From a virus: a stretch of 37,766 nucleotides of DNA. Shown here in pieces: positions 34,780 through 37,766 of the stretch. Both the position numbers and the translations under genes were made by a program. Each line of letters begins with the position of its first letter. Positions within the stretch are counted from its first letter, which is position 1. The notes beneath the pieces were generated by a model. It was not told the DNA's origin. It made no database searches and was given only the letters and a program-made list of their open reading frames with translations. Location: the UHGV virus genome UHGV-0387984; one strand, written 5' to 3'.

Positions 34780-34874
34780 TATTTCTCCTCCTGTTCTTCC
34801 TCCTGCTCTTCTGTCTCAAATGCTTTTTCCAGTTCTTCTGCTGTTGTCTTTCCAAATTCGTTCTGTTCGCTCAT
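34779..34874 (-). CDS. 31-aa acidic micro-ORF between the holin and endolysin genes
   Basis: AGGAGGTG ribosome binding site 6 nt upstream. Translation: MSEQNEFGKTTAEELEKAFETEEQEEEQEEK. Its stop codon overlaps the endolysin ATG, and its 3' end supplies the endolysin ribosome binding site. Confidence 0.3.
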   Translation of the reverse strand: MSEQNEFGKTTAEELEKAFETEEQEEEQEEK

Positions 34875-34927
34875 GTTCTCACCTCCTTGTGCGATAAAAG
34901 AGAGCCTGTTTCCAAGCTCTCCCGAAT

Positions 34928-35176
34928 CTACTTATATGTAAGCGCCCTCTCTGAATCTCCTGTTCCAGGTGTTGTTGGGTCTACCACTACACCAAGGATT
35001 GCCAGCACTGCAAAGAGCGCATTGATTACGGTTAATAGCTTATCCCCAAGGTCTCCAAGGTCGATAGCAAGCCCAAACACTGCCGCGATAGCCTGTACCA
35101 ACAGCAACAGCGCCGGAATCAGTGCCACCCAGAATGCCTTGTTTTTAATTCTTACAATCCAGTTAATTTTTTTCAT
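34928..35176 (-). CDS. Holin (small multi-TM, phiLC3-like)
   Basis: 82 aa with hydrophobic helices (FWVALIPALLLLVQAIAAVFGLAI, LLTVINALFAVLAILGVVV) and a charged C-terminus. Confidence 0.7.
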   Translation of the reverse strand: MKKINWIVRIKNKAFWVALIPALLLLVQAIAAVFGLAIDLGDLGDKLLTVINALFAVLAILGVVVDPTTPGTGDSERALTYK

Positions 35177-35189
35177 GCTGCATTCTCCT

Positions 35190-35495
35190 TTATCCTTTTA
35201 TTGGCAGTTCTTTTACTTCTGCTAATAGTTGCGTTGCCATTCCATTCCCGCCGAGTTTATGGTATGCATCATACATTTCGATAAAATTCTCAATTCCATG
35301 CTTCGTAACATACCCTCTTTTTGTCCATTTTTCGTGGTACTCGATAAGTTGGACGCGCAAAAGTAGCATTGTCCCTGCACTATTTGCGTCCCTGTCCTTC
35401 TTCTGATTTTTGAGTAGCCACACAATGTATCCCATAAATGCTGTGAGTACTATCGGCAACGCAAGTTTATAGGTTTCTGTCAATATTTCTGTCAT
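35190..35495 (-). CDS. BhlA-type holin-like protein
   Basis: 101 aa with a single N-terminal TM helix (LALPIVLTAFMGYIVWLL) followed by a charged helical domain. Confidence 0.6.
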   Translation of the reverse strand: MTEILTETYKLALPIVLTAFMGYIVWLLKNQKKDRDANSAGTMLLLRVQLIEYHEKWTKRGYVTKHGIENFIEMYDAYHKLGGNGMATQLLAEVKELPIKG

Positions 35496-35577
35496 GTCTT
35501 TCCTCCGGTTTTTTAAGTATAAAAATAAGACCTGTGCGGTCTTGCTCTTATTTCCATATTCTCCACCCGTAAAATGT

Positions 35578-35760
35578 CTAAACAGTCGGTACTTCTGCGT
35601 AAGTTGTCTCCGCCAGAAGTGTCAGAGTTGCGTATTCTTCCTCGCTGATGCGGTTCATAGCGAAATAGATATCCAGTTTTGCAACTGCTTCATCCTTTGT
35701 GTTGTAAAACTTCTTTTCAATCAGATTTGTCATTAATTTTACGATTACTGTGTTATTCAT
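35578..35760 (-). CDS. XkdX-family small phage protein
   Basis: 60 aa (MNNTVIVKLMTNLIEKKFYNTKDEAVAKLDIYFAMNRISEEEYATL...). Its size, sequence style and position before the holins are typical of XkdX. Confidence 0.6.
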   Translation of the reverse strand: MNNTVIVKLMTNLIEKKFYNTKDEAVAKLDIYFAMNRISEEEYATLTLLAETTYAEVPTV

Positions 35761-37180
35761 GTTTCATTTCCTCCGCGTTTTCTAAAATGTTATTTGTGTC
35801 GTTTTCTATCATCGCTGCCTGTGTCTCCATAGGCATTAAAGATAGCAGATTTGCCGTATTTAATCGATATTGTCTTATAATGCTCGCCACTTTAGCAGAT
35901 ACTTTGTTATCGATGTAGTTCTTGGTGTCTGCTGTGTATGTTACTTTGATATCTGGGTCAAGTTCCCCTCCGTCTGCTGTGATGACTGTGGTAGGGTAGT
36001 AGGTTTTTAAGGCTCGGATAGATGCTTTATCTTCTTCGGATAATTCCTCTAACGCAGGTTCTTTTAACCAATACTCCAAAACAGGAGTATTTTTCGCAAG
36101 CCATCCCTTAAATGATTCAAGATCGGGATAAGTTTCTTTTGGCACAGTAAAATATATATATCCTCCATGCGCTGTTTGAGATTCAATATCTTGCGGAAAT
36201 CTCGCCCATTTAAAAAAATTGCATAAAGTGGTTAAACTATAATTCCTTACTTCCAAGTCATCTATTTTCAGTCCATAACAATTCATTGCTACAAAAGCGC
36301 TGTTTTCGTACTTATACCATTTCTCACTACCATTTAAAGTTATACTTTTCACCCTTCGCAGTATTCCACTTTCTGATAACTCATCTTTCATCTCTCCAAT
36401 ACCTCTGAGAGGTTTATTTAATGTGAGGGTAAAAAACTTTGGTTCTCGATAAGGTTCGTAATCCATCACTGTCTGTCCCGGACATGCTACTATCTTTGTA
36501 TAGTCTACCATTTTCTTAAGTGCTGAGAACCTAAAGTATCTACATTTTTCGGGCGTAACAAAAGTGGTATTTCCGACAATTTCGAATCCTATCTTATTTT
36601 TATCGCAGTCATAAAATGCAACTACTGTACTTCCAGTGCGACTTCTGCTGTACTGCGAATTAGGAAAACATGGTATAAAATCAGTTAAGAGACCGTTAGC
36701 TGCACTAATAATATTCCCACTACCTTCAAATACTTTTCCTTCTTCGCAAGTGGAAAAATCAAATAGATTTTTGCCGCTTATAGAAATCTCAATTTCATAC
36801 TTCCGCGTTTCCTCGTTCCACTTCCCAGAGTTTTTAATTTCCTGTAGATATTCTGGAGACGGTGGCGGATCTTGGTTCTGTTCCGTCTTCCCAACAAGCT
36901 CCAACCTCTTATTTACTCTTTCTGCACTGTCTGGTATCACAAGGGGGCTTTCTCCGCTCATGGTATTCACAATCGCAATACCGTCTCCGCCACTCTGCAC
37001 TTCTCCAGGTACAACAAGACCATCTTCTCCAATCACAAGAGCTTTACCCTTGTTCTCGATTCCCTGCTGTTTATTCAGCTTAGTTTCCATTTGCGTTGCA
37101 AAGTCTTCCGGAATAGACTGTAATACCTCTGCGCCTTTATCCTGTACAGCTTTGACCTGTTTTGTCCCCTCTGTGGTCAC
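35753..37180 (-). CDS. Receptor-binding/tail-fibre protein (BppL-like position)
   Basis: 475 aa, immediately downstream of the BppU-like gene. It has a Gly-rich N-terminal shoulder and a Cys- and aromatic-rich beta-type C-terminal domain. Confidence 0.6.
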   Translation of the reverse strand: MTTEGTKQVKAVQDKGAEVLQSIPEDFATQMETKLNKQQGIENKGKALVIGEDGLVVPGEVQSGGDGIAIVNTMSGESPLVIPDSAERVNKRLELVGKTEQNQDPPPSPEYLQEIKNSGKWNEETRKYEIEISISGKNLFDFSTCEEGKVFEGSGNIISAANGLLTDFIPCFPNSQYSRSRTGSTVVAFYDCDKNKIGFEIVGNTTFVTPEKCRYFRFSALKKMVDYTKIVACPGQTVMDYEPYREPKFFTLTLNKPLRGIGEMKDELSESGILRRVKSITLNGSEKWYKYENSAFVAMNCYGLKIDDLEVRNYSLTTLCNFFKWARFPQDIESQTAHGGYIYFTVPKETYPDLESFKGWLAKNTPVLEYWLKEPALEELSEEDKASIRALKTYYPTTVITADGGELDPDIKVTYTADTKNYIDNKVSAKVASIIRQYRLNTANLLSLMPMETQAAMIENDTNNILENAEEMKHE

Positions 37181-37201
37181 ATTTTCGGTCTGAGTGTTTC
37201 C

Positions 37202-37766
37202 CTATGTCTGTACGGATTGTACCGCTTCGGTTTTCGCTGTTTCCACGGCTTCTGTGGCTGATGCCTTAACATTATCCACGCTCTCAACCGCTTGCGTCCC
37301 TGCGCCCTCTACGGCTGTTTTCTGGGCTGCTCCGGCTTGGGTGATTTCCTGTACTTCTGCTGTTCCGGCATTTTCGACCGCCTGCACGCCTTCCTGCACT
37401 GTCTGCGGAAATGTGCTTGCCGTCTGCTCCACGCTGTTCTTCATTTCTTCCACAGCAGTTCTGTGCCCTTCCGCCGCCTGTTCGGATTCTTTCGCCTTTC
37501 GGACGGATTCGTCCACTGTCTTGACCTGTTCTGACACATCTTTGACTGTTTCCAGAATCTTACCGACTTCTACACGGTCTTCTGCTGTCTGCTGTGCGTC
37601 TGCTTCTGTTTTCGTTGCCGCCGCCTGTGCTTTATTACTCAAGTCCTCGACTTTTTTAACCTGCTCTGAAATATCAGTAACAGTTTCCACCATCTTAGCC
37701 ACTTCTACTCTGTCCTGCGCTGTCTGTTCAGCATCCAGTCCTGCTTTTTGAGCGGCTTCTTGCGCG
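37202..37766 (-). CDS. BppU-like baseplate/fibre protein, C-terminal repeat part. The frame is open at the window end and continues from 1..419.
   Basis: The frame is open through position 37766. It holds ~36-aa coiled-coil tandem repeats (TAEDRVEVGKILETVKDVSEQVKTVDES... and TAQDRVEVAKMVETVTDISEQVKKVEDL...) and ends at the TAA stop at 37202. Confidence 0.6.
   Translation of the reverse strand, partial: AQEAAQKAGLDAEQTAQDRVEVAKMVETVTDISEQVKKVEDLSNKAQAAATKTEADAQQTAEDRVEVGKILETVKDVSEQVKTVDESVRKAKESEQAAEGHRTAVEEMKNSVEQTASTFPQTVQEGVQAVENAGTAEVQEITQAGAAQKTAVEGAGTQAVESVDNVKASATEAVETAKTEAVQSVQT

Noticed and set aside
1-37766. Integrated prophage with host flanks and duplicated attL/attR at the window edges
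   Set aside because: No host-type genes are present. There is no direct repeat at the two ends. The ends instead splice seamlessly within one ORF. This points to a circular or permuted phage genome.

Overview
The window reads as one complete temperate siphovirus-type phage genome of a low-GC Gram-positive (Clostridia/Firmicutes-like) host, with no flanking host genes. About 90% is coding and AGGAGG-type ribosome binding sites are used throughout.

The two window ends join in-frame inside a single baseplate (BppU-like) gene, so the 37,766 bp appear to be a circularly closed or circularly permuted phage genome.

Minus-strand modules, in transcription order from high to low coordinates:
- lysis cassette and receptor-binding region (34036..37766): amidase endolysin, two holins, XkdX-like protein, RBP-like fibre, BppU-like gene that wraps to 1..419
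- immunity region (28370..30732): two XRE regulators and three divergent promoter regions
- anti-repressor genes: Bro-N/KilAC and T5orf172
- recombination module: SMC-like ATPase, RecT, Cas4-like PD-(D/E)XK exonuclease, HNH-like protein, RusA
- replisome organizer with internal iterons
- orphan C5 cytosine methyltransferase
- a block of tightly coupled Cys-rich micro-genes and a YopX gene
- sigma-70 region-4-like late activator
- phage-borne tRNA-Asn(GTT) plus a tRNA-like minihelix
- pac-type packaging genes TerS and TerL
- SPP1-like portal, minor capsid, scaffold, major capsid and head-completion genes
- major tail protein, G/T-like chaperone pair, a zinc-ribbon micro-gene, tape measure, Dit and Tal

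The plus strand carries only the lysogeny cargo:
- a 126-aa XRE regulator
- a modular DUF4236 membrane protein with a C-terminal zinc motif
- a 510-aa large serine integrase, immediately followed by a 52-bp attP-like inverted repeat

No CRISPR array, no transposon and no host flank were seen. All family assignments are from reading motifs by eye and need profile searches to confirm.
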